Notes: generated from the sequence alone by a model not told the origin. Positions 1 to 13,598 are shown, counted from the first letter of the stretch. The stretch: DNA of 64,000 nt from Phoronis australis (GCA_002633005.1 NMRA01000796.1:18389-82388), one strand, 5' to 3'. Numbers and translations are program-made.

Positions 1-80
1 CTAAGTTTGCTGTTGCCTAAGTTTGCTGTTGCCTAAGTTTGCTGTTGCCTAAGTTTGCTGTTGCCTAAGTTTGCTGTTGC
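1..80. repeat. 16-bp tandem repeat (CTAAGTTTGCTGTTGC) x5
   Basis: Read directly; truncated by the window start. Confidence 0.95.
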
Positions 81-260
81 CATTAGTATGGCATACTAGT
101 AGTAGTAATAGGGAGAAAAGCACAGTCGTCCTTAGCTTCTGATTGTGTATTGGGGATGATCAGAAGCTGAAGACGCCTGTGACTGGGAGTCGATGTCGAT
201 CTGTTAACATAGTGTTCTTATAGTTATACAACAATGAAGGGAGTAGTGCACGCTTACCAT

Positions 261-1798
261 CTCTTGCAAAAATGAACTTCAGTTTTCATTGAAAAACTAA
301 AGTTTTTGGTATGAAAAACTTAAGGTTTTGGGCGAAAAATTTACGTTTTGCACAAGTTTATTAATTGGGTATTTGTATATTTGTATTTCACCAGTGTATG
401 AACATGCTACAGATTTATATACACTGGCTTTTCAATTCAGATATGGAATGGTTTTTATAAGCTGCTGAGTGAGCTGTTGACTTTAATGGTGACATTTCAA
501 AGATTTGATCCTAAACAGATGCAAGAGATGAACTGTTTGCATTGGTGTATTTTTCACACGGGACACAACACATTTTCTGGTTGCTATCACACCGTAACCA
601 GTCAAAATCTTCTTTCCATTTCGGAAGGAATTCCCGTTTTCGTTTATTCCTTTAATACTGTTGCTTGGTGGCTTCATGCCCTTTGGTTTGGTTACTAGTT
701 GCAATATTAGAGCTGGTTGACTTGAAACCATACGCAAACAAAGTATTTTTTTCGGCATTGCAACTATAGTTTCCAAGACATGCTGTAAGTAAGACAGCCG
801 AATGTTATAAAGTTTTATTGGTACGCGCTAGTGAGTTATCGCTACTATCATTGACGGCCAAATCACAATCAAGGTCCATATTCGGTGGCCACTTTTGGTG
901 AAAAAGAAGGTTGTCATATAACTGCAAAAGCTGGGTTATTTTAAAGTACCATCATTCCAGGTTTGTAATCAAAAATATTTTTGCACAAGAACCACCAAAT
1001 AAAATTTCATGGTATAATGCATCGCAGTTGTACAAAAGGGTACGTACACTACAACTTGTGGTCACAACACACTTCTACCATGCAAAAATTCATAAGGTAG
1101 CTGTTAATTAAATAAATTATTGATTAAATTGAAGAAGTATCATATACTAAAATAAGAAAAGTTATTACTGTGCTGATCAAGTTGCTCTAGATGATGATAC
1201 ATTGCATATCTTAACACAATATAATGAGAACTTCCTTCTTTTGCAATATGATTCTTACAAAAAGAAAATGACAAGTAACTATTTTTTCAAAAACTTAATT
1301 GATGCTATTTGCCTAGTCGTAAATACATTCACCAGTTGGTCAAAATAGTTAAAGCAATGCTAGGCCTAGTGTTCTAATTGTAAACAGTAAAAAATGGTAC
1401 TGCTTGGGGGGTACGTACACTACGCACAGACACAGTGAATCAACGTCAAATTTTGACTAAGTTACAAGTGTATGGGATGATCTCGAGTTTTGTGCTGCCT
1501 CCACTTGTTGGTTTGTTGTAAGTTGTCTGGAGAGATAGAGAACCTACCTCTGCAACATCAATTGTCACATGACATGTCTTCTAGGATTTTCAGTAGTAGC
1601 CAAGTCCTGTGTGGCATTTTATTGTCCACAAATTTAATAATGGCCATTGTTTTTTTGTCAGACTGTATTCATTTTGGAAATATCAGTATTGTTCATGAGA
1701 ACAGCAGTATGTAAAAATTCTTGTGTAGCACAGAGGCTGGAGGTACGTACACTACACAGTAGTTTTCAGCAAAAAACTTAAGTTCATTTTTGTAAGTG
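261..1798. mobile_element. Non-autonomous TIR DNA transposon, CACTA/CMC-like
   Basis: Left CTCTTGCAAAAATGAACTT versus right AAGTTCATTTTTGTAAGTG; AT dinucleotide on both flanks; internal GGTACGTACACTAC three times. Confidence 0.6.
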
Positions 1799-2748
1799 AT
1801 CACACAGTCTATGTGACTGTAAGATGTACTGGTTTGTAATCTCACTTTGTGTGAATAATTGATAACCTGCTGTTCTGGTGAGCCTCACGATCATGCCACT
1901 AGTAAACTTAAATAAGTATTAAGTAAAACGTTTATTTTAAATCACTGTGTGTATATTCAACAAATGGAACTCTGCACGATGCTGCTTGGTCTTTGTCGGT
2001 GTCAGACAATGTATGAGCCCCATTGAAGGTCAAACAACAGCCAATCACAGCAATCGACATGCGCAATCACACTGTAGCGAGATTGCATAGTTACCTCATG
2101 TAGTGAGCTTGCTGCAGCCCCAATTGATACCTGTGCCAAACTGATTTGGCGCACTTCAATTTGGCTCATGTTAGTGAGACAAACTGTTGTCTGTGCCACA
2201 CTACTGCTAGCGTGCGTGGTGAAATTACTGCCTGTGGTTTAATGCTCATCAGAACCGAAATTGACGACAATGAGTGCAGGGGAGGGGTTGCATAATGGTT
2301 CCTTAGGACATTTCCTCCGCATGAAAACTAGTAATCCATATGACCTGCATACTTGAGCACTCATTATCCTCAGTTTCAGTTCTGACAAGGTTTAAGATAT
2401 CTATAAACCACTGGCTGTAATTTGGAAACTTGCCTAAGCTTCAGTTAGGGGCAAGCATCAGTTTGGCTAACCTATTCGCTCCAAATTGAAATGCGCCTGA
2501 TCAGTTTTGCGCAGGCTTCAGTTTTGACTGCAGTATGCACACTATAGACTGGTAACACTATTAGCCTTGCCTGAATTCTCGATGTGGCGGCTGTTAAGAA
2601 TTTTCAGTTCTCTTCAAAGGTACTGAGGTCAGTGCTATTAATATGAAAACTACACAATTAAAGCATGTTTTAATAGTGGTGCAGGTGGAATTTGCGGATG
2701 ATTCGTGAATACGCAATGCTTATGAAAAGGAAATTATTGTTCTTTAAG

Positions 2749-5700
2749 GCGGCCAAGGCTACTACCTGATGCAGTGCCAACAATTTACCCAGAGGTTGGT
2801 CATAAGGTCAATCAGCGTTCAAAGACAAAGAGAGAAGCTGTCGTGAAAAAACTGGACAAGACGAGAGTAAGTGCCTGTGTGTTGTTCATGCATGTGACAA
2901 GTCAAACTAAATGGTTTAAGGATATCTCACCTTATTCTCAAAAATGCGAGCCCCCGAATATTTCAGGCTTCAGGCTGGGTGCGCACTTGTCCAATTGTTG
3001 CAGTAAATCTTTAGTTTATGACAATGAATGACTGCTCAAGGTCATCGCTTGTTCTAAATTTTGGAAATTTTACACAATATTGGTCGTCCCAAATTCAAAA
3101 CTTGTGATCAACCACATTCGTGCCGGTGGCCATTTCCTAAACTTATTTTATGAACTGCCAACTTACCGAAAGTCTATTCTCAGATTCTGTTGATTCATAA
3201 CACAATGTCTGTTAATTGGCAAATCTGATGAATGTCAAAATCGCCCACGTGTGTGTAGAATCAAGAACATTCAAATTCAGCATGAATTTTGGTTTCCAAA
3301 AATCATAGACTTCTAAACCGGAGAATTTTCATATGCCCACATATTTATATGTGGACGCATTATGCCGTCATCTCTGTCTGGCGTCCGTCTGGTATCCATT
3401 CGTCCAGCATTAATCCGTCTGGTGTCCGCTGCGCTATCTATATTGATGTAAGTTTATGAAATTTTGCACATATGTTCCTATCATGGATGGGATGGCATAA
3501 GCGAACATTTGGACAGATCCAACTACTGGTGTGTCCCCTAGAGACAATTTTAGTTTTTTACCCTTACCTCTGTATCTTCAAAGGTCCTCAATGTATTTTC
3601 ATAAAATTTGGAATATAGGCATCTATTAGTGAGATGACACTATCCTCAAGTTTTCTGGTGGATTTGATGTAGTTTGCGCTATCTAGTGACCATTTTTACG
3701 GTAAAGTCGCGTGATTTTCGAACACTGAAAATTAATTCCAATAGAAAAAATTCATTCTTGGACGAATCTCGCGAAACATCATTTCTGTGGTGTCCGAATT
3801 TGGCGAACCTCCAAATTTGGGTTTCCGCTAGTGTCCGAATTTCGTGNNNNNNNNNNNNNNNNNNNNNNNNNNNNNNNNNNNNNNNNNNNNNNNNNNNNNN
3901 NNNNNNNNNNNNNNNNNNNNNNNNNNNNNNNNNNNNNNNNNNNNNNNAATGCGAGCCCCCGAATATTTCAGGCTTCAGGCTGGGTGCGCACTTGTCCAAT
4001 TGTTGCAGTAAATCTTTAGTTTATGACAATGAATGACTGCTCAAGGTCATCGCTTGTTCTAAATTTTGGAAATTTTACACAATATTGGTCGTCCCAAATT
4101 CAAAACTTATGATCAACCACATTCTTGCCAGTGGCTATTTCCTAAACTTATTTTATGAACTGCCAACTTACCGAAAGTCTATTCTCAGATTCTGTTGATT
4201 CATAACACAATGTCTGTTAATTGGCAAATCTGATGAATGCCAAAATCGCCCATGTGTGTGTAGAATCAAGAACATTCAAATTCAGCATGAATTTTGGTTT
4301 CCAAAAATTATAGACTTCTAAACCGGAGAATTTTCATATGCCCACATATTTATATGTGGACGCATTATGCCGTCATCTCTGTCCGGCGTCCGTCCGGTAT
4401 CCATCTGTCCAGCATTAATCCGTCTGGTGTCCGCTGTTCTATCTCCATTGATGTAAGTCCATGAAATTTTGCACATATGTTCCTATCATGTATGGGACGG
4501 CATAAGCGAACATTCGGACAGATCCAACTACTGGTGTGTCCCCTAGAGACAATTTTAGTTTTTTACGCTTACCTCTATATCTTCAAAGGTCCTCAACGTA
4601 TTTTCATAAAATTTGGCATATAGGCATCTATTAGTGAGATGACGCAATCCTCCTGTTTTCAGATGGATTCTACGTAGTTTGCACCACTTAGTGGCCATTT
4701 TTGCTGTTTTCGAGTCTATTTTTTGGTGTTCACCCCTCTATTAACCAAATCGCTCAAGGATGATTGTGGAAATCGGCACGTATGTTACTTGTGCTATGAA
4801 GAGGACAGGTGACGAATTTCTGAGGATTTCAACTACTGTGGCGCCTCCCAGTGGTAGTTTTGTTTCTTTTTGCTCCCATAGCTGTATCTCCTAAACCCTT
4901 GGCAGGATGTTTACTAAATTCTGCAAGTGTATTTATATGATGTTGACAATGGATGATGACGAGTTTCGGATGGACCTAACTACTGGTGTGCCCCCTAGTG
5001 GCAATTAATTTTTTTACATTTACCTCTGTATCTTCAAAGGTCCTCAACGTATTTTCATAAAATTTGGAATGTAGGCATTTATTAGTGAGATGACGCTATC
5101 CTCAAGTTTTCAGGTGGATTTGATGTAGTTTGCGCCATCTAGTGACCATTTTTACTGTTTTTAGTCTGTTTTTTGGCGTCCACCCCTCTATCAAGTTAAC
5201 CAAACTGCTCTAAAGATGATTGCGAAAATTGGCATGTATGTTCTTGCTATGTAGCTGACGATGATTTTCGGACGACTTTGATTACTGTGGCGCCTCCTAG
5301 CGGCAATTTTTTTTGCGCCCATGGCTGTATCTCCTAAACCGTTTGCAGCATCTTTGCTAAATTTAGCAAGTGTATTTATATGATGTTAAGCATTCATGAC
5401 TACAACTTTTGGACGGATCTGACTACCAGTGTGCCCCCTTGTGCCAATTTTTTAGGTTTACCTTTGTATCTTCAAAGGTCCTCAGCGGATTATCAGAAAG
5501 TTTGGGATATAGGCATTTATTGGTGAGATGATGCTATCCTCCTGCTTTTGGATTGAAGCGATATACTTTGCGCCACTAGGGCCTTTTCTCCTGTTTTGGA
5601 GTCTTGTTTTTTGGTGTCCACCCCTTGATCAACCAAACCATTCTGAGGATGATTTTGAAAATTGGCGTATATGTTCTCAGTGTGAAGAGGATGGTTGACG

Positions 5701-8700
5701 ATAACAATTTTGGCTACTGTGGCACCTCCTAGTGGTAGTTTTGTACCAAACCTGCATCTCCTAAACTCACTGCAGGATCTTTATTAAATTTAGTAATCGT
5801 ATATGAAGTTAACAACAGACAACGACGTCTTTCAGGTGGATCCAATGAATGTTGTGCCCCATAGTGGCAATTTCATTTTTTTCTGTGCTCCTTCGTTTCT
5901 TTGAAGTTCCTTGACAGATTTTTATAAAATTTGGTAAAGAGCGTTCTATTCAAGAAATGGTGGCATGTTCTCATTTTCAGATGGATTGGATGTTTTTTGG
6001 CCATTTAGTGGCTATTTTGTGAAACAAATAAATAGCCCTAGAAGTACTCCGTTTGCAGTGCATTCGTGGGCGCATTTCAACACTCTGCATTGCTCTTGTT
6101 ACTGTATTTTTTGTTTGGTTTTGGGCAAAAGTCTTCATCAACTGTCCATTTTCAGATAAAGCGAAAACTGCTATCTGAGCTAAAAGATTTGAAGAAGCAA
6201 TTACAGTCCGGGAAGTCCACCACAGTCACCGAGGAAGACGGAAGCTCCTCCATTTCACCAAAAGACGGCGTGTCACATTCTAGTCAACTCATGGTTATCG
6301 ATACAGGTAAGTTGTTCTGTAATGTGCCTTGGCTACCTATTATCATGCATGCCTCAGCTTTGATATTTCCTTAAACAAAAATCAGTAAAAGTCACACTAA
6401 TCCCTAAGTGTAGTGTGCACAAGTGGGATTTTTGCTGAACCTGAACTAAGTTCTCCGGTAAGGCTGCTCTGCCATTGACTCTTATCTTGTCAGATAAGTC
6501 TTTACTTTGATGGAATATCTTGCTCCAGTTTAACCAGACTTATGGGATTTTTATTGGTTACATACAGCGCAGGTCATGAATTTTAGTCTGTCTGGTTGGC
6601 ATTCAAGTCAGCAACCTATTGTTGACTGGTCCTCTTTATCTTCGATGTTCTTTCAATATTCATGAGATTTGACATGTGGGTGTCTATTGAGGAGAGCACT
6701 TTTCGTCGGTGTTGATTTTTATACTGATCTGTCTGCTATCAATGTTGCCCCTAAACGTCAAACTGTCATTTCGTCTGCCAAGTTCTTCAACTAAATAAAT
6801 CTTCATGACGTTTGACCTGTATGTTCCTAATGAGGATAGCACAACTGGTGTTACTTTTTGAATGGATCGTATTTCTGTGGATGTACGGGCTCTCATTCTT
6901 GCCGTTAGGTACATACACACAAGTGGAGCATATCAACGCTTTGTATTGCTCTTTTTGGGTCACCAAGAAGTAAGACAAAATTTCAATATTTTTCTTGTAG
7001 CACACAAATTTATTCTTTGTTTCTGTCTTCAAATCCTCGTGGTCAAATAAATGACTCATCAGCCGGTGTTCAATCTACCATGCCCCGTATAACAAGGACG
7101 TGGTGTGAAGCTGATTTCTGCATTCCATTGTGGACTGCTTTCCAATGGAAACACGTTAGCTATTTGAAAGTTGTTTTCTATGTTTAACTCTTACAGAGGA
7201 GCTGCCTCCTTGGGATTTTACTCTTCCAACCAAAACTTTGGAGACTGAAAATATCACACCAAGAAGATCCGAGCAGCCCAGCACAAGTTGCCCTGTTCAA
7301 GAAACACCACCAACACGAACAATCTGCCTCCAGTCTGTCAAAAGTGATTTTTTACACCCTCATGCTTCAGGCAAAGACTGTGATTTCTTCCCCGTTTTCG
7401 TTGCACCTCCTGTGGGTGCTCAACTGGGTACAGATCACATTGCCCACAGCAGTGGAAACTCTCTTCTCAAGAGTAGTTCTGAAGCTGATTTAGCTGTTCA
7501 GGGAAGAAAGCTCTGTGATATGTCTTCTGCTACAAAAGTTTCTGATCGTAGCACGGTTGATATTAACTTCGGAAAATCTTCCGCTAATGAACCAGCCCTG
7601 CCATCGATTTTTGCAAAACACGAGTTTGTTGAATTTGGATCTGTTACTGTTGAGAACAACATAACACATGTGTCAAATGTTGCTGGTGAAAACATTATTG
7701 ACCCAGTCCCTTCCCCTATTGAAAGCAGTGTCCCATCATGTGAGTCCAACTCCTCAGCCACACGTGAAGACAGTATTGTGTCTGCCGCGAACTGTACACC
7801 TGCTAAACAAGTGATTGGGATACCAAATGGAAACGTCAATGTCAGATCTGAAACTGACCAGGAGAAGACTTCTGAACACGATGACCCCAAACCTGTTGCT
7901 ACCAAAGAAATGTGCACAAAATCAGCAGGTGAGACTACGCATATCATTTCAAACCGCAATGAAGGCAAAAGCGACAACGTCGGCAAAGGTGCATGTCAGA
8001 AGCTTGTAACCCAAGTGCACGATGCTAGTTCTGTGTCAATTTTAAACACACAAGCAAAGGGTCCAATTAGACTCACAGGTGATGGAAATAACGATACTTC
8101 AACCATTTGTAGTGAAGTTGGTCCCATCAGCGGCTGTGTGGTAAATGATGGAGAAGAAGGTAATGCAGGGCTTTGCAACTTGAACTCAACCAAAACTAAC
8201 AAGGCTGGAGATACTGGTTCCGGTGGAGAGAAAGGTGGGGAGGGTCAAGAACAAACGAACACTGCTCAGAGCGACAACGGTCCAACTAATCCATTAGATA
8301 TGCCTAGTCAAGTTTGTCCACCATCTGCAAATGTGATGCGGCGCAGAATAGTATACACTCTTGAAAACCTTAAAGGCCGCGTGGTTTACCATCACATTCT
8401 ACCAAAGCTTTGGTATGGTGTTAGTAACCCTGTGTACACTGTCAGTAAGACAACAAAAGGCAGGGCACCATACAAGAAAAGAGCAAAGCCAGTAGAAAAA
8501 GGAATTGAAAAGAGTGGGGACGATGTTCCTCTGCTTCTAAGTGTTGAAACTGAAGAGCAGCAGATGCGTAGTCAGAGCAAAAAGGATAAGGATTTCAACG
8601 CTCGCAATGGCATCACATTGGGTAATGTGGAGCAGGTAGTGTGGAAGAACGACATGCTTGCCGTGACGCGAGCGATGGAGGAAGGGATGGCTGAGAGGAT

Positions 8701-9945
8701 GAGTGGGTGTCGGGTAGTACTGGAGAGATACGATGAAAAAGAGGCTGGTGGAGCGTCTGAGCCCGAGTGGTCTTCNTTCGTTAGGCGGAACTCGGTGATT
8801 CTTTTCATAGCTAAAGCGCCAAACACAAGCTAAACGCAAGACAATCGAGTAACGGTCGTGACATCGTCAAGACAAGGTAAAAATTACAAACCCGTTATAC
8901 CGATTCTCGGACTCGAGCCTTATACAGTAGTAATCATCCGTTGAACGCTTTAGTGACACGGGAGTTGCGTCGATCCCAAATTACTGTATCTAAAATTTTC
9001 CTTGTCCGAAAGTCGCGGGACAAAATTCTGATGTTTATGACAATGTCCGAAATTCGAGGATCTTTGAAAAACAGTTTTTGGACCTTGTACGAATTTCGTG
9101 GACTATGAAAAATTCATTTCGTAAATATTTATTCTTGGTCGAAAATGGCGGGCCGTCCGAAAATCACGTGACTTTACCGCGACGATGAGGATGGAGACAG
9201 CTCAGATTCCGAGGAATTCAAAGACAATACCAAAGATGATCCTGACTTCATGGAGGATGCTGCCAGTGATGGAGAGATGGAGAGTTCGTCCAGTGAAGAA
9301 GACGACACCAGCAGTGAAAGGTGTTTCTTGGACGACATGCGTAGAAGTGTCGTTTCCAAGAAAATGGCAAATCACATCAAGGTGATCAAGCCTCCCAGGT
9401 CATCTGATGTAAAAGACTATTCTAAGAAAGAATGCAAAATGTGTTTGGACCCAACTGCTTTGCACGATCATTATGAGTGCGCATCTTGCCATGTGCAGTC
9501 GTACAGCATTGGATCTATAAAGAGGCATGTGCAAAGGTTGGAGAATTATAATCCCAAAATTTGCAAGAAGTGTGGAGAGGAATTCCAAAATAATTATGCC
9601 CTCAAACGTCACCAGTATCTTGTACACACTTTGAAAGCTGCAGAAGAAGTATTTAAGTGCAGCTACAAGGACTGTAAATTCAAATCCAAATTGAAATCAA
9701 GTCTAAGTAAACACGAAGCTAAAGTCCATCGTAATGAGAAGCAAGTTGCTTGCACTTGGGAAGGTTGCAATAAAGTGTTTAAAAGTGCTTACAGTCTGAG
9801 GATTCACACTCGTATTCACACAAACTCAAAGCCCATCGTATGCTACATGTGTGGATTCTCGTGCAGGCAAAAGGCGTCGCTGAACTGGCACATGAAAACC
9901 AAACATCCTGAAGAACCGTTTTTTTCAAAGAAATGGCGGGCATGA
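2749..9945 (+). CDS. THAP-domain plus C2H2 zinc-finger protein (ZFP91/ZNF692/ZNF276-type last finger); first exon outside the window; large exon interrupted at 8776-9179
   Basis: Exons: 2749-2866 (RPRLLPDAVPTIYP, the THAP AVPTIF box; phase 2 to 0), 6156-6306 (IKRKLLSELKDLKKQL; phase 0 to 1), and 7197-8775 joined to 9180-9945. The last part has four clear C2H2 fingers, including CTWEGCNKVFKSAYSLRIHTRIH and CYMCGFSCRQKASLNWHMKTKH. All phases join in frame. Confidence 0.8.
2944..4690. other. Direct duplication across an assembly gap (2944-3690 versus 3949-4690), probably allelic overlap
   Basis: Near-identical ~740 bp on both sides of the N-run 3847-3947, with scattered substitutions. Confidence 0.75.
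4336..6110 (-). mobile_element. Full-length Helentron-associated (HINE/pearl/DINE-like) non-autonomous element with internal tandem array
   Basis: 5' end AACAAGAG...AAATGCGCCCAC (minus strand, 6110). Internal ~455 bp units built from ~150 bp subunits, a GTCC/GACG microsatellite, and a 3' stem-loop TGCCCACATAT-TT-ATATGTGGACGCA near 4340. Confidence 0.72.
7197..8775 (+). CDS. THAP-ZNF gene, large exon 5' part (low-complexity S/T/N/G-rich linker)
   Basis: TTACAG acceptor at 7196; open frame of more than 520 codons, in phase with exon 6156-6306. Confidence 0.82.
8776..9179. mobile_element. Right end of a TIR transposon inside the ZNF coding exon
   Basis: Ends GTCCGAAAATCACGTGACTTTACCG, the reverse complement of CGGTAAAGTCGCGTGATTTTCG that starts elements at 3699 and 36753. 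Confidence 0.7.
9180..9945 (+). CDS. THAP-ZNF gene, large exon 3' part (acidic tract plus C2H2 zinc-finger array)
   Basis: DDEDGDSSDSEE acidic tract, then fingers CKKCGEEF..LKRHQYLVH, CSYKDC..LSKHEAKVH, CTWEGC..HTRIH, CYMCGFSCRQKASLNWHMKTKH; TGA at 9943-9945. Confidence 0.88.
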
Positions 9946-11379
9946 CTTCAATATGGAGTCAATGCCATTGGCTTTACTGTAATTGCAGGTGATTACCAAG
10001 TGTGACTATCTTGTCAAGAAAACCATTGGATTTGATGTATTTTGTGCAACTACATACGTCTCGTAAACGAAAAAGGTAAATCAATCCATTTTTGTAGTTA
10101 CCTTTAAATTTGCTAAAAATACAGATCCTGGTTATGGTTGAGTATTTTTCCGCTTTAACATATGGTTTATTTTTCATTCTTAAGTTGCAGTTGGTTACCT
10201 CCTTAAGACAACCTAGGTCCATCATTGAGTATACACTGCAGCTGTAAATTTAAAATGATGAATAAGGATCTGTTTTTTACCTAAGGGTAACATCAGATAT
10301 GGATTACTTTCTCGTTCAGGAGTTGACGGCTGTCAACATCCAGGTCTTACCTGCTGTTTTAATTCTGTGCTGTGGAACTTCATTACAGCATGGCTGTTTT
10401 TAATGTTCATAAACTAATTATCTAATCAGTGCTTCGAATACAACAAGAATTTGAAAAGTTTGACATTTTATATGTAATTGGTACGAGTAGTCTTTTAGTG
10501 TTCAAAGTTTTGCTGTAATTTCCAAACTTTTTCGATAAAATTTCACCAAGCATAGTGTTACGAGCCATGTGAATGAGTGCAGTTTGGAATGAAAACGAAA
10601 AGAAATCCACTTTCGTTGCTTTGTCTAGAAAAAGTTCAGGACAGGCATTGAACAGTCTCATGTATCTAGTCAAATTTTCATGCTGCTGAACAATTATGGT
10701 GAAGTTTGTAACTTATAAAACATCATTCATGCACATGATTAAAGAAACAGAATTGTTTTTATAGATTTTATTCATCAGCACTTTTATCACAATATATAAT
10801 TATTTTCTTCAAACAGTGTATTCCACTCGTGCAGAGTCACAAATCAATTCCAAATGCTTCCATGATCATTTAGCTCTACGTTGAGACTATGTTATTGTAG
10901 TAACAGACAAAATAGATTAGCATAGACATTAAACAATATGCACTGTAATTTGTGACTTTTTTAATACATTTATTGTCATTATATTGTCATTTGTCGCTTA
11001 CTTTAATATCAACCCTTGGGCTTTATTAATGATTTCTATTATAGTCTCAGAGTTCTACTTTAAATTTGTATTCATACACCTCTACTCGACACCTGATTGG
11101 TCACTCTCATTTCCTTTGTTCAGTATACAGTGGTCTACATGTAGTTCATTCAGCAACCTACTTCGTCTACAAGACCCACATTTTTCCTATGCATTACGTC
11201 ATCACAATGATATACTCAAACTGGAATGATGAATAAAAAAACGCAGCCAGTCAAGGAACAAAATTAAAAGAAAAGAAGACTCATAAACATTTGAATTGTA
11301 TATTAAATAAAAAAATATCTCTACTTGCCTAGAAAAAATTTGAAATATAGGTTTTACATTTTTCATAAATGTGGATGCT

Positions 11380-13000
11380 GAGTGTTGCTGTCAACATATT
11401 GCTGTCATCTCTGGACATCCGGTTGCATCACCTACACACCCTGCAGGATCATTATGAGATTTGGCAGATGTGTAACTATGTAGCCGACTACGAACGACGA
11501 GCTTGGCACCAGTTCAATTGCCGATCTGCAGACTAGTGGCAATTTTAGTTTTTTACGTTTGCCTCAGTCTGTAACTTTTGAGTTCCTTGATGGATGTTCA
11601 TTGAATGTTTCAGTCTGTTAAAGAGGCGATGATGCCCGCTCGTTTTGGGGCAAATTTGAAGTATTTTGTGCCACCTGATGGCAATATGGTTTTGAGTATG
11701 CCTTCCCATTTATTCGCCAAGTCGCTAAAAGGATCAATATGAAAATTGGCAGATTTGTTCCTGATGAGGTGACTGCAACAGACACTGACTTTCGGACGGA
11801 TTTGACAACTACAGCACCCTCAATGTCATTTTTTTAAATCTACCTATTAGGGTAATCTGTGAAATTTGGCCGATACATTCCTGTGGAGATGAAAAATGTA
11901 TGACTACAACTTTCAGACCAATATGACTACAGGTGGGCCCCCTAGTGGCAGTTTTAGTTTTGATGTTAACTTTGCTTCTGTATCTTAGTTTGCAGTTCAT
12001 TGATAAATTTTCCTAAAATTTGGCAACTAGGTTTCTATTAAGGTGACAATTATGCCCTTCTATTTTCCGACAGATTCACCATATGTTGCACCACCTAGTG
12101 GCCAGTTTTATGAATCGAATTTAGAATTTGTTTTTTAACGTCTGCCTTTATCTGCCAAACTTCAAAAGATCATAAGGAATCATAGCAAATACTGATGAGA
12201 TCAAAGCAGACATTGATTTTTCGGGACAGATGAGATACCTATGGGGTCCCCTATTAATGATTTTGTATTTTTGGAACGGTTGCAGCTCCTGATTTCTTTG
12301 CATGATGTTTATGAACTTTAATTTGCAGGTGTTTTTCCTGTAGATGAGACAATGGCTGGCTGTGACTTGTTAAGATGGCTCTGACTACTGCTATACCTTC
12401 CAGTAGCACCTTTATTTTTACATTTGCCTCTATGTATTCTGAGGTCCTTGAAGTTTTTTTTTTTCTTGAGCTTTGCCAACCAATTTACTATGGTGAAGAT
12501 GACCACACCTTTCTAATTTGGGGTGAATTTGACATATTTTGCACCACCTAGTGGACATGTAAATTATATTTGAGTCTTCTTTTTTGTCGTCTGCTCCTGT
12601 ATTTGCCAAACTGCTCAGAGAATCATTTTGAAAATTGGAAGATGTGTTCCTACTGACACGAGCACGACTGCCATATTGCATTTTCAGATGGGACCAGCCA
12701 CTGTGGTGACATTATTGTCGCAACTGCAGCTGTATCTACTGAACCCCTTGCAAGATCACAATTTGTCTAGTCCTATTTATGTTAACTTGACAAAAGATGG
12801 ATGGATTTGACTACTGCTGCACCTTCTAAAGGCAGTTTCTTTGACATTTTATGTCTGCCTCTTAGTCTGTATCTTTGGAGTTCCTTGGTTGATTTTCATG
12901 CAAGTTGACGAGACGATGATGCTTTGCCAAATTCAGACAGGTTTGACAAATATGTGCTATTTGATGGCCATTTTTAAGTTACTAACAACACACCTTTTGC
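11380..13000 (-). mobile_element. Older, degenerate HINE-like copy between the two converging 3' ends
   Basis: Diverged subunits (CCACCTAGTGG, CCCTAGTGGCA, AAATTTGG) at ~150 bp spacing; boundaries approximate. Confidence 0.6.
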
Positions 13001-13547
13001 GCTGCAGTAGTAGGCTATGGTTAAATAGAGCAGCATAAACTAAAAGATTTCAAATAAAAACCAAACTGCAACATTTAAGCACTAATAATGCTACAAATTC
13101 TTATGACCAAATGCTGTATTTGCCATTTAAGTCTGCCTCGCTATTCTACTATATAGTGCAATACAAAAACTGTGTAGTTTGTAGGGCTGTTACAAAGAAA
13201 AACTGTCGTTTAGTACGACCGAAGAATGTCAAAAATGACATAAAATGACGTGAAAATTCAATGGCCTCAACAAAAATTAATGTCAAAGCGTCGTGGCTGA
13301 TTTCATCAGAAATCAATAGAGTTCCACAACTTATAATCACCTCCATATTTTGAAAGTTTGGTGGTTATTGGCAAATTTGTTTTATTGGTGATTCTATGGA
13401 GAGGCCTTTTCTCGTTTACTGAACAAACCACTGTTGGAGACGTACGACAAAACCAATAAAACAAGCCACCTTCTCTCAACAACCGGCTAATAACGCAGCA
13501 GTACTGTCCATGTGTGTAGTGACCTAATGGCGAGTCTTACTACACAA

Positions 13548-13598
13548 TCACAAGTCCACTATCCACGGGGTGTATGTGCCTCTGTCGGCTGGTGGAAA
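13548..13598 (-). CDS. XDH: XDH/AOX terminal coding exon ([16 protein letters not shown])
   Basis: TTTTCAG acceptor, in phase; C-terminal PW motif typical of the family; TGA stop. Confidence 0.85.
   Translation of the reverse strand, partial: FPPADRGTYTPWIVDL

Noticed and set aside
2944-4690. Apparent tandem duplications flanking gaps (also 15576-16190, and 18000-18296 versus 18700-19000)
   Set aside because: Near-identical sequence on both sides of N-gaps is most simply an uncollapsed haplotype or repeat overlap.
7498-8839. Minus-strand ORFs overlapping the large ZNF exon
   Set aside because: Antisense shadows of the plus-strand coding exon; no motifs.
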